Source: an uncultured bacterium (GTDB lineage: Bacteria; Verrucomicrobiota; Verrucomicrobiia; Verrucomicrobiales; DEV007). From it: DNA of 64,000 nucleotides. The notes below the pieces were generated by a model. It made no database searches and was not told the origin of the DNA. It saw nothing but the letters and a program-made list of their open reading frames with translations. Shown here one piece after another: positions 10,745 to 18,823 of this stretch. The stretch is taken from contig CAXBMO010000003.1 of assembly GCA_963977015.1 (NCBI GenBank), positions 96,001-160,000 of the forward strand, read 5' to 3'. Position numbers and translations under genes: made by a program. Each line of letters opens with the position of its first letter. The first letter of the stretch is position 1.

Positions 10745-11623
10745 TTAGACTTCTGATAGATTCAGCCATTCGATCGATTGTTGAGCTTGCCGGCCATAGA
10801 TACCACCGAAGAGGTAGAAGTGATTGAGTTCGTGATAGAGGTTATAGAGGCGCTTTCGCGTCGAATATCCGGGCGGGACGGGCCATTCGGATTGGTAAGC
10901 TTCATAGAACTTCGAATCCATCCTTCCAAACATTTCAGTGAAGGCCAGATCCACCTCACGATCCCCATAATAGGTGGCCGGATCAAAAATCGTCGGGCGT
11001 CCGTCTGCCAGGAACGAAACGTTTCCACCCCACAGGTCCCCATGAAGCAGGGACGGAGCTGGCCGGTGATTGAGAATGTCCGGAACTTTCTCCAGAAGCT
11101 TGTCGACCCCATCCAAGCGGAGACCTTTCTTCGAACAGAGCCGGATCTGATGCAGAAGCCGATGTTCCAGAAAGAACGATGTCCAGTCCGTGGTCCAAGG
11201 ATTGGGCTGAGGGGTTTCCCCGATCACATTGTCACCATCCCAGCCAAAATTCTCATTCGGTGAGGTTGCCCGATGCAACTTGGCCAGTTGTTCGCCAAGT
11301 GCAGCCCAATTGCCCTGCGCGCAGAGATCCAGCCATTCCAAAACCAGGAATGCTTTGCCCTCGGCGTGTCCGAGAAAAATGGGGCGTGGAATTCGAATCG
11401 TATTCGTGGCCGCCAATTGCGCCAAAGCCTCAGCCTCCGCTTCGAAGATCTTTAAGAAGCGTTCGTCGTTTGTTTTTACGAAATAGCCTCCCTCACCATT
11501 GCCCAAATGCCATCCCTGGTTGATGCAACCACCGCTGACGGACCGAGGCGGGTTGGCTGCAGGCGCGGCCCCGGTTGTCTCACGAATGGTGGCGAGAATC
11601 TGCTGAAGAAGGCGATCCGTCAT
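10745..11623 (-). CDS. Fructosamine/ketosamine kinase family protein
   Basis: VSGGCINQ, YFVKTN, FGWDGDNVIG, LLHGDLWGGN, FDPATYYGDREVDLA, LYNLYHELNH. Start placed at MTDRLL. Confidence 0.93.
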   Translation of the reverse strand: MTDRLLQQILATIRETTGAAPAANPPRSVSGGCINQGWHLGNGEGGYFVKTNDERFLKIFEAEAEALAQLAATNTIRIPRPIFLGHAEGKAFLVLEWLDLCAQGNWAALGEQLAKLHRATSPNENFGWDGDNVIGETPQPNPWTTDWTSFFLEHRLLHQIRLCSKKGLRLDGVDKLLEKVPDILNHRPAPSLLHGDLWGGNVSFLADGRPTIFDPATYYGDREVDLAFTEMFGRMDSKFYEAYQSEWPVPPGYSTRKRLYNLYHELNHFYLFGGIYGRQAQQSIEWLNLSEV

Positions 11624-11707
11624 CAAGGACAGCTTCAGACCATTGATAGCAAAAGGCAAAAAGCGGTCGCCAACTCGCTCGTCTTTGTTAACACTGCGCG
11701 AAGATAC

Positions 11708-13111
11708 ATGACGAACATTCGATCTACCGAAAAGCAGCATTTCTACTTCATGGGAATTTGTGGAACCGCGATGGGGGCTGTGGCCGCTGCGTTGAAGGAC
11801 TTGGGCCATCACGTGACGGGATGCGATTCGAATGTTTACCCACCCATGTCGACGTTTTTGGAGAGCAAGGGAATCGACATCGTCCAGGGGTTTGACGCAG
11901 CGAACGTTCCCAAGGATGCGGACGTCATTGTGATCGGAAACGCGATGAGTCGAGGAAATCCGGAAGTCGAAGCGACGTTGAGCCTCAGGCTGCGCTATTC
12001 ATCCCTGCCAGAGGTGATGAAGGATTACTTTCTGCGTGGGAAACGGAACCTGGTTGTCTCGGGAACCCATGGCAAGACGACCACCAGTTCCATCCTGGCG
12101 TGGCTGCTGGAGTCGGCCGAGAAGAATCCCAATTTTATGATCGGGGGCATTCCCGGGAATTTTGGGAAGGGCTCGCGAATGGATGGGGAAACCGACTTCA
12201 ACGTGATTGAAGGCGATGAATATGACACCGCCTTTTTCGACAAGCGCTCGAAGTTCATTCATTACCTCCCTGAAATTGCGGTGATCAACAACATTGAGTT
12301 TGATCACGCCGACATTTTTGATGACCTGGACGCGATCAAATTGACGTTCCGCCGAATGATCAACGTCGTGCCCGGGAATGGAACGATTGTCATCAATGGG
12401 GATGACCGGAACTGTCTCGAAGTTGTTGAAGGGGCATTTTCACCCGTGCTCAAGGTCGGATTTGACGAGCGCAATGATCAGCGAATTACCGCGGTGGAAT
12501 ATCTCGCGGAGACGTCGTCCTTTACCCTGGATGGGGAGCAGTTCGAGATTCCCATGGTTGGAGAGTTCAATGTAAGGAACGCGGCGATGGCAGCGACGGC
12601 GGCGAAATGCGTGGGTTTGGACGCAGAACAAATCCGACAAGGGCTGAAGACGTTTGCCGGAATTGCGCGTCGCCAGCAACTCCGTGGTGAAACCTCGCGG
12701 GGCATCAAAGTCATTGACGATTTTGGACATCATCCGACCGCAATGCGTCAAGCTCTCGCCGCGATTCGCACTCGTTACCCGAACCAACGGCTTTGGGCAA
12801 TCTTCGAGCCTCGATCGAACACCACCCGCCGCCGGGTCTTTCAGGAAGAACTGCCCAAAGCGTTGGGAGCCGCGGACGGAGTTTGCATCGCATCGATTCC
12901 CAATGCCGAAAAGTTTCCGGAGAATGATCGGTTGGACCCGGATTTGATCGTTGCCCGCCTAAACGGTGAAGGAAAGCGTGCCTTTCACGAAAAGGACAGC
13001 GACGCGATCGTGGAACGACTCAAGGAGGAGGCGAAGGATCATGACGTGATCCTGGTTTTCAGCAATGGCGGGTTTGGCGGCATTCACGACAAACTGTTGC
13101 AGGCTCTGTAA
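11708..13111 (+). CDS. mpl: UDP-N-acetylmuramate:L-Ala-gamma-D-Glu-meso-DAP ligase (murein peptide ligase)
   Basis: GICGTAMG, VYPPMST, GNAMSRGNPEVE, GTHGKTTT, EGDEYDTAFFDKRSKF, DDFGHHPTA, FEPRSNT, SNGGFGGIH. Confidence 0.95.
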   Translation: MTNIRSTEKQHFYFMGICGTAMGAVAAALKDLGHHVTGCDSNVYPPMSTFLESKGIDIVQGFDAANVPKDADVIVIGNAMSRGNPEVEATLSLRLRYSSLPEVMKDYFLRGKRNLVVSGTHGKTTTSSILAWLLESAEKNPNFMIGGIPGNFGKGSRMDGETDFNVIEGDEYDTAFFDKRSKFIHYLPEIAVINNIEFDHADIFDDLDAIKLTFRRMINVVPGNGTIVINGDDRNCLEVVEGAFSPVLKVGFDERNDQRITAVEYLAETSSFTLDGEQFEIPMVGEFNVRNAAMAATAAKCVGLDAEQIRQGLKTFAGIARRQQLRGETSRGIKVIDDFGHHPTAMRQALAAIRTRYPNQRLWAIFEPRSNTTRRRVFQEELPKALGAADGVCIASIPNAEKFPENDRLDPDLIVARLNGEGKRAFHEKDSDAIVERLKEEAKDHDVILVFSNGGFGGIHDKLLQAL

Positions 13112-13114
13112 GGG

Positions 13115-15727
13115 CTAATTGGCTGCTTCTTCCTGTTTTTCCATCTTCTCCAACGATTTGCGAATCGAATCGAGATCTTTGCGAAGATCCAAAACTTCCT
13201 TTCGCAGATCTTTCAGCTCCTGAGTTTGTTTCTTGTTTGCGGAGAGACTTTCGATGGCCTTGTCGGCCGCTTTGGAGAGGGAAATTCGCGGACCGGAATC
13301 ACTCTGCAAACTTTCGAGGATCGAAACCGAGCGAGGATCCCCGAGCTTCTGGAGGGCCCGGACGGCTGGGATGTGCAATTGCTCGCGTGGATCGGAAAGA
13401 AACCCGGCCAGAAATTTGCGAATTTCATCACGAGGATCGGCTTCCAGGTTTCGCCCCAAAAACCCGAGCGTTTGGAGCGCGTTGCCAAGATCGCGATCCA
13501 CAAATTCCGAACGATTCGCGTTCAGGTATGCCATTAAGGCGAAAGCGGAAGAAGGCTCGTCCTGAGTGCGCAGGGCGGAAATGGCAGAGGCCGCAATACG
13601 GTTGCGAAACGACGAGCGATTGAGCGCTGCAAGGAGGATGTCACCGACATCTTCGCCCGGAAACTTGGCGATTCCCTTGATCGCCGCGGCGGTGATGGCC
13701 GGATTCCTCTCTTTCGCAATTACCTCGGAGAGCCATTCCTGACTCGAAGCGCGGTAATAGCGCGAGACCGCTTCCACCACGGCAAGGCGCACCCGCGCAT
13801 CCGCTTGTGCCTCAGACTCGAGCAATAGCGTCAACGCCTCGTCCGTTTGAAGGTTGCCGAGCGCTTTGGCGGCCTCGGCGCGAACCGCGAAAAAGGAATC
13901 GCTCACCAGCTTCGCTCCGAGAAGTTCCCGCGCGGCGGAGTCCTTGCGTTTCGCCAATGCCTGAACCGCGAACAAGCGGCCCATCACATCGTCTTCCAGA
14001 TTTGCCTGCGCTTCCGTCAAAGGGTTGGGAAGTTTGATACTGATGTCGGCCAGCACCGTATAATCCGGATCAATCCTCACGGCCGAAGGTGCCTCCGGTA
14101 GCGCAAAATAGAACTCCTCTTCCTTGGTGGAGATGTCGACAACAAAGTCCTTCACCGTTTCTGCAAGGTGAAACCGAATGGGCAGGGGAAATTGGAACAT
14201 CAGCACCCGCACGTTGACCGCCTGCGTTTGACTGACTTTGATCCGCGCCTGCTTCTTATTGGCGTCCCAGGAATACTGAACATCCAGTTTTGGCACGCCA
14301 CCGTGATAGACCCATTGGTCGAAAAATCGATCGAATGAACGGCCCGAAACGTCCTCAATCGCCGCGTTGAGATCTTCGGTTACGACGACATCGTATTCGT
14401 GGCGTTCCAGATAAGTTTTGATTGCCTTTCGATAGAGCTCTGGTCCCAACTGACTTCTGAGCATATGAAGAACCCAGGCGCCCTTGGGGTAGGCGCGATA
14501 ATCAAATTGCTCCCATGGACGGTCGTAGTTTCTCCAGGCGATTGGCTTGTCGTCCTTGGATTCGATCACGCGCCTCGCATTGCGATGCATGCGGTAAAGC
14601 AAGTGCTCCCTCCCGAACGTGTGTTCTTCGTAGAGTTCGGTGTAGTAGGTCGCAAATCCTTCGTTCAACCAAAGATGGGTCCAATCCTTGCAGGTAACGA
14701 GGTCTCCGAACCATTGATGGGCAACTTCGTGGGCATCGAGATGACGGGTCGTCTCCAAATTCTCGGTCTCTTTGGAAAATAGAGTCCGAGTCGTCAGAGT
14801 GGTGACGCTGGTATTTTCCATCCCCCCATAGGGATAGCCCTGAACGCAGACATTGTAATACTTGTCCCAAGGGTAGGGGACTCCGATTTCCTGTTCGAAG
14901 AACTCCAGGATCTTTTTCGTATCGACGAACGAGTTTGCCGCTTCCGGAAAGTCGGATGGAGGCGTGAAAAATCCGATGGGCAAATCTTTGTGGGCGTCCT
15001 CGAGCTTTTCAAAGTAGCCGGCGACCACCGACACGAGATAGTTCACGTGCGGTTTGGATTGCAGCCAATGATAGGAGGTCAAATTGCCATCGGTTTCTTG
15101 CGCCATCAATTTGCCGTTCGAAAGCACCGTCATCCCGGCAGGCACGTGGCAAATCACCTCCGTGGAAAAACGTTCGTTCGGATAGTCATAACTGGGAAAC
15201 CAAAACCGGTGCCGTTCAGGTTCGCCCTGGGTCCACAGATGGGTGTCACCCTTTTTGTATCCCATTTCGGGTGTCCGGAAAAAGAGTCCGTCCTGAGGTT
15301 CGGCGGAATAGGCGATCGTCAGGGTGACGTCTTCCCCCGCTTCAATCTCGTCCGCGAACAGGAAAACCAGTTTCTCGGTGGTGACGTGGTAACTCTCCAA
15401 CTCCCGGCTGGATTCCACCGAAGCGATTCGCAGATCGACAGCGTCGAGTTGGACTTCACTTTGCGGGCTGGCGATCGGGCTGAAGCGAATTTCGGCCGTT
15501 CCACTGATGCTGCGCTTCTTGAAGTCCGGCGTAAAATCCAGCTTGAGGTGCTTGATATCGATCTTTCGGTCCGGCGAATATTTCCGGGAATTGGAGGATT
15601 CGCTCTCCGGACCGGCCAACGCATTGCGCTTGGACGCGCACCATTCCCATCCGAGCGAAAACTCGCTCGCTTGAAGTGTTGAGGCCAACGCCCAGAGGAA
15701 AGCGAGGAGAGTGGCTTTCGAGATCAT
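13115..15727 (-). CDS. M1 family aminopeptidase with C-terminal HEAT repeats and coiled coil, signal peptide
   Basis: GGMEN, HEVAHQWFG, WLNEGFATY, AYPKGAWVLHML; HEAT-like repeats AVRAEAAKALG. ATGA overlap with the upstream NIPSNAP gene. Confidence 0.93.
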   Translation of the reverse strand: MISKATLLAFLWALASTLQASEFSLGWEWCASKRNALAGPESESSNSRKYSPDRKIDIKHLKLDFTPDFKKRSISGTAEIRFSPIASPQSEVQLDAVDLRIASVESSRELESYHVTTEKLVFLFADEIEAGEDVTLTIAYSAEPQDGLFFRTPEMGYKKGDTHLWTQGEPERHRFWFPSYDYPNERFSTEVICHVPAGMTVLSNGKLMAQETDGNLTSYHWLQSKPHVNYLVSVVAGYFEKLEDAHKDLPIGFFTPPSDFPEAANSFVDTKKILEFFEQEIGVPYPWDKYYNVCVQGYPYGGMENTSVTTLTTRTLFSKETENLETTRHLDAHEVAHQWFGDLVTCKDWTHLWLNEGFATYYTELYEEHTFGREHLLYRMHRNARRVIESKDDKPIAWRNYDRPWEQFDYRAYPKGAWVLHMLRSQLGPELYRKAIKTYLERHEYDVVVTEDLNAAIEDVSGRSFDRFFDQWVYHGGVPKLDVQYSWDANKKQARIKVSQTQAVNVRVLMFQFPLPIRFHLAETVKDFVVDISTKEEEFYFALPEAPSAVRIDPDYTVLADISIKLPNPLTEAQANLEDDVMGRLFAVQALAKRKDSAARELLGAKLVSDSFFAVRAEAAKALGNLQTDEALTLLLESEAQADARVRLAVVEAVSRYYRASSQEWLSEVIAKERNPAITAAAIKGIAKFPGEDVGDILLAALNRSSFRNRIAASAISALRTQDEPSSAFALMAYLNANRSEFVDRDLGNALQTLGFLGRNLEADPRDEIRKFLAGFLSDPREQLHIPAVRALQKLGDPRSVSILESLQSDSGPRISLSKAADKAIESLSANKKQTQELKDLRKEVLDLRKDLDSIRKSLEKMEKQEEAAN

Positions 15728-16473
15728 CGGGTCGGGGAATAGTCCGTTGGCATCAGCAAGGTGGAAGTGACTCCGCCTTTGATCAGAAGTTTTCCGTCCT
15801 TCTCGGAATTCTTTCGCGCCTCCTGCCATGCCGGATCCGCTCCAAAGGCCTTAAAGGAAGCATTCCGTGCTTCTTCATTTTTGTGGGAGACAAAATAGAT
15901 CAGCATCAGCTCGTCCTTGTCCTGCTCTTTCGCCAAGTGCGAGTAGAGGTGATTCACGATCCCGTGTTTGGCAAATAGCGAGATGGTGTGATCGCGAAAC
16001 CGGGCATCGAGATTTTTCAGTTTTCCCGGATTCGTCTCATACTCGCGCAATTCGAACAGTCTGGCGGGATCCTGCTGGCCGATGTCGAAGCCAAGTGAGT
16101 AGTCGGTCGCGATGAGGAAGCGCTTCTCGACCTTTCCAACCAGTTTTCCTTCGGCAACCGAAGCCTGATACGCGGCCTTCCAATCCGGATCATTGAGGAA
16201 TCCGTTCCAAGCTGCTTTGCGGGCCTCCATGTCGGGATAGGACAGGAGGTAAACCAATTTGTTGTCGGGATTCTCGGTGGGAACCCAGTAGCCGACATTC
16301 GTCATCCCGTGCTTTTCAAAGAGGGCAACCGTGTGATCGCGGAATCGCGAATGCAGGTCTTCCAGCTTTCCTGGATTGGCGTAGTAGACGCGCAGTTCGT
16401 AGAGGCGGGAGTCTTCGGCTTGAATCGAAACGGCCAGAAACAGAAAGAGACAGAACGCGAAAAGGGGTTTCAT
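15724..16473 (-). CDS. Secreted tandem NIPSNAP-domain protein
   Basis: Signal peptide, then two repeats (YELRVY..NPGKLEDLHSRFRDHT / FELREY..NPGKLKNLDARFRDHT), each ending ...TDYS. Confidence 0.9.
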   Translation of the reverse strand: MKPLFAFCLFLFLAVSIQAEDSRLYELRVYYANPGKLEDLHSRFRDHTVALFEKHGMTNVGYWVPTENPDNKLVYLLSYPDMEARKAAWNGFLNDPDWKAAYQASVAEGKLVGKVEKRFLIATDYSLGFDIGQQDPARLFELREYETNPGKLKNLDARFRDHTISLFAKHGIVNHLYSHLAKEQDKDELMLIYFVSHKNEEARNASFKAFGADPAWQEARKNSEKDGKLLIKGGVTSTLLMPTDYSPTR

Positions 16474-16515
16474 GGAAGGATCAAAGCGTGCTTTGCCCAT
16501 CAAGCCAGAAAAACC

Positions 16516-17133
16516 TTATCGATAGCGCATCAATCCCTGGACAATCTCCTCGGCCAGAATCTGACGATACCAGGGAGCGGCGCAGCGTTGGCATTCCCAT
16601 CGATTGCTGAGAAACCCGCCCTCAATCAAAATCGAGGTGCACTTCGTATCCCGGAGCACTTTCAGGTTTTCCCGTTTCACCCCTCGGTTTTTTGTATTCA
16701 GTCTCCGGGTAAGCTCGTTCTGGACCATGTAACCGAGTTTCTCTCCTTCCGCGCTCATATGGAAAACCTCAATCCCGGTAATATCGTTCTTCGACACTGC
16801 ATTGAAATGGAGCGAGACAAAAATCGCATTGGTTTCCTTGTTCGCGAGAGCCGCCCGCGCACTCAACTCCGGATAGACATCCGTCTCACGCGTCATGACC
16901 ACCCGGATTCCCTTTTCTTCGAGAATGGTTCGCATGCGCTTGCCCAAATCGAGCGCGAGATCCTTTTCCTTGATCCCATACCAGTAGGATCCCGCATCGA
17001 GACCGCCGTGACCGGGATCCAAAACGACGGTGTCGAACCCCCTCGCAAACTGCGTCGCGAGGAAGAAAAAGCCGAAAATCCAAAGTGATCCTCTCACAGG
17101 GGCGATCCTAGTTCTGCAACGTTCCCGGCGCAA
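16516..17133 (-). CDS. N-acetylmuramoyl-L-alanine amidase (Amidase_3)
   Basis: VVLDPGHGG, EKDLAL, VMTRETD, FVSLHFNA, ILIEGGFLSN. Confidence 0.93.
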   Translation of the reverse strand: MRRERCRTRIAPVRGSLWIFGFFFLATQFARGFDTVVLDPGHGGLDAGSYWYGIKEKDLALDLGKRMRTILEEKGIRVVMTRETDVYPELSARAALANKETNAIFVSLHFNAVSKNDITGIEVFHMSAEGEKLGYMVQNELTRRLNTKNRGVKRENLKVLRDTKCTSILIEGGFLSNRWECQRCAAPWYRQILAEEIVQGLMRYR

Positions 17134-17136
17134 GTC

Positions 17137-17331
17137 TCACTGATTTTGGAATCCGGCGCCCATGTATTGCTGATGCTTGGTGACCGGTTTGTCGTCTTGT
17201 TGAAAAGCCGGGCCGGGGTCTACGTCAAAGCCGCCAAATAATGTCGTGCCGCCTTCATCGGAGGGAGAAACACTCTGACATCCGGGCAAAAACGGCAGGA
17301 GGAAAAGTAGGGCAGCAAACTTTAAACGCAT
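17137..17331 (-). CDS. Small putative lipoprotein
   Basis: MRLKFAALLFLLPFLPGC lipobox-like signal; sits in the same-strand gene run. Confidence 0.55.
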   Translation of the reverse strand: MRLKFAALLFLLPFLPGCQSVSPSDEGGTTLFGGFDVDPGPAFQQDDKPVTKHQQYMGAGFQNQ

Positions 17332-17357
17332 AACAAAGCCATTCTCATCGCGGGTTC

Positions 17358-17540
17358 TCATTCGTCAAGACTCCGCGCATCAGGCACCACTTCGTCCTCA
17401 TCGAGCCAAAAGCTCACCACCATCGGGCGGCAACAGATCTCGCAATCATAGTCCACTTCGGCGGGAACTTCAGTCCGGCCTGGTAGCGGGACGTCGAAAT
17501 TCTCAAAACAAGTTGGGCAGGTAACCGGAGCCATTTCCAT
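17358..17540 (-). CDS. CPXCG-motif cysteine-rich small protein
   Basis: VTCPTCFE...YDCEICCRPM pattern. Confidence 0.8.
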   Translation of the reverse strand: MEMAPVTCPTCFENFDVPLPGRTEVPAEVDYDCEICCRPMVVSFWLDEDEVVPDARSLDE

Positions 17541-17566
17541 GGAGTAACTGAAACTCTGCGTGCATC

Positions 17567-18823
17567 TTGGTTCAATCTGGATTTCTTCCCGCCGTGCAGC
17601 ATCGCCCTAAAAAATTCGTTCCCGAGCCTTTTGAATATCACGAGGAATTGGATCTTCGCGTCGAAACCCTCACGAATCTGGGACATGGGCTCGGTCGAGT
17701 GAACGACTGGGTAGTGATGGTTCCTTTCGCGCTGCCCAAGGAATTGGTGCGGGTTCGTGTTTACCGAAATCACAAAAACTACAGCGACGCGGACTTGATC
17801 GAAGTTCTGGAGCCAGCGGAAGATCGGGTAGAATCCCGTTGTTCGTTGTTTGGTGTCTGCGGAGGCTGCCAATACCAGAATTTTCGCTATGAGGCTCAAT
17901 TGAACTGGAAACGAAATCAGGTTCAGGAGCTCCTTCAGCACATGGTAGGGATTTGCGATATCACGGTCGCGGAGGTCATAGGTTCACCCCAACTTTACGG
18001 CTATCGCTCCAAAATTACGCCGCATTTTCAACGGCCGCGGTCCGGCAAGATCGGCCCAATCGGCTTTCTACACACCGCGAAGCGGTCTGAGATCATTGAC
18101 GTTCCCGAATGCCCCATCGCCTCTCCGTCGATCAATGAAAAGCTCGCCGAGGTACGTGCAGGTGTGCGGGAACGAGCCAAATCCTTTAAGAAGGGTGCAA
18201 CCCTGCTGTTGCGCGATTCCGCGACCGGCGAAGTGTTAACAGACGCCCAGGAGGTTTGTCAGGAGCAGGTTGGGGAGCTCCGGTTCCTGTTTCTGGCGGG
18301 TGACTTTTTCCAAAACAACCCGTCTATCTTGCCAAGCTTCGCCGATTACGTGAAGGAGCAGGCCAAGGCGTTCGGAACGCCCAAGCTGGTCGACACCTAC
18401 TGTGGAAGCGGCTTTTTCGGGCTCAGCTGCGCCTCGGAGTTTGAATCTGTCATTGGAATTGAGGTGAGCGAAGGATCGATTACCTGGGCGAAAGAAAATG
18501 CGCGAATCAACGGGATTGAGAACGCAACCTTTCTCAAAGGTTCTGCGGAATCGATTTTCGAACATCTTGACGGGGAGTCGGGCCCTGAAACGACGGTGGT
18601 GATCGATCCGCCCCGTAAGGGATGTAGCAGCGAATTCCTGGATCAACTCTTCCAGTTTTCGCCGAAAGGAGTCGTTTACATTTCCTGCAATCCTTCAACC
18701 CAAATGCGGGATTTGAAACGATTTCAGGAGGCGGGCTATGTGTTGACGACGGTTCAACCGTTTGACCTCTTTCCTCAAACGCGTCATCTCGAGTGCGTCA
18801 TCACCTTGGAGAAACACACCTAG
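17567..18823 (+). CDS. TrmA/RlmD family RNA (uracil-5)-methyltransferase with TRAM domain
   Basis: CSLFGVCGGCQYQ, YGYRSK, FFQNN, DTYCGSGFFG, IDPPRKGC, YISCNPST, DLFPQTRHLEC. Confidence 0.93.
   Translation: MVQSGFLPAVQHRPKKFVPEPFEYHEELDLRVETLTNLGHGLGRVNDWVVMVPFALPKELVRVRVYRNHKNYSDADLIEVLEPAEDRVESRCSLFGVCGGCQYQNFRYEAQLNWKRNQVQELLQHMVGICDITVAEVIGSPQLYGYRSKITPHFQRPRSGKIGPIGFLHTAKRSEIIDVPECPIASPSINEKLAEVRAGVRERAKSFKKGATLLLRDSATGEVLTDAQEVCQEQVGELRFLFLAGDFFQNNPSILPSFADYVKEQAKAFGTPKLVDTYCGSGFFGLSCASEFESVIGIEVSEGSITWAKENARINGIENATFLKGSAESIFEHLDGESGPETTVVIDPPRKGCSSEFLDQLFQFSPKGVVYISCNPSTQMRDLKRFQEAGYVLTTVQPFDLFPQTRHLECVITLEKHT

Noticed and set aside
11507-11812. Overlapping extended starts of mpl and the fructosamine kinase
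   Set aside because: Internal ATGs at 11708 and 11623 give normal-length divergent genes without overlap.
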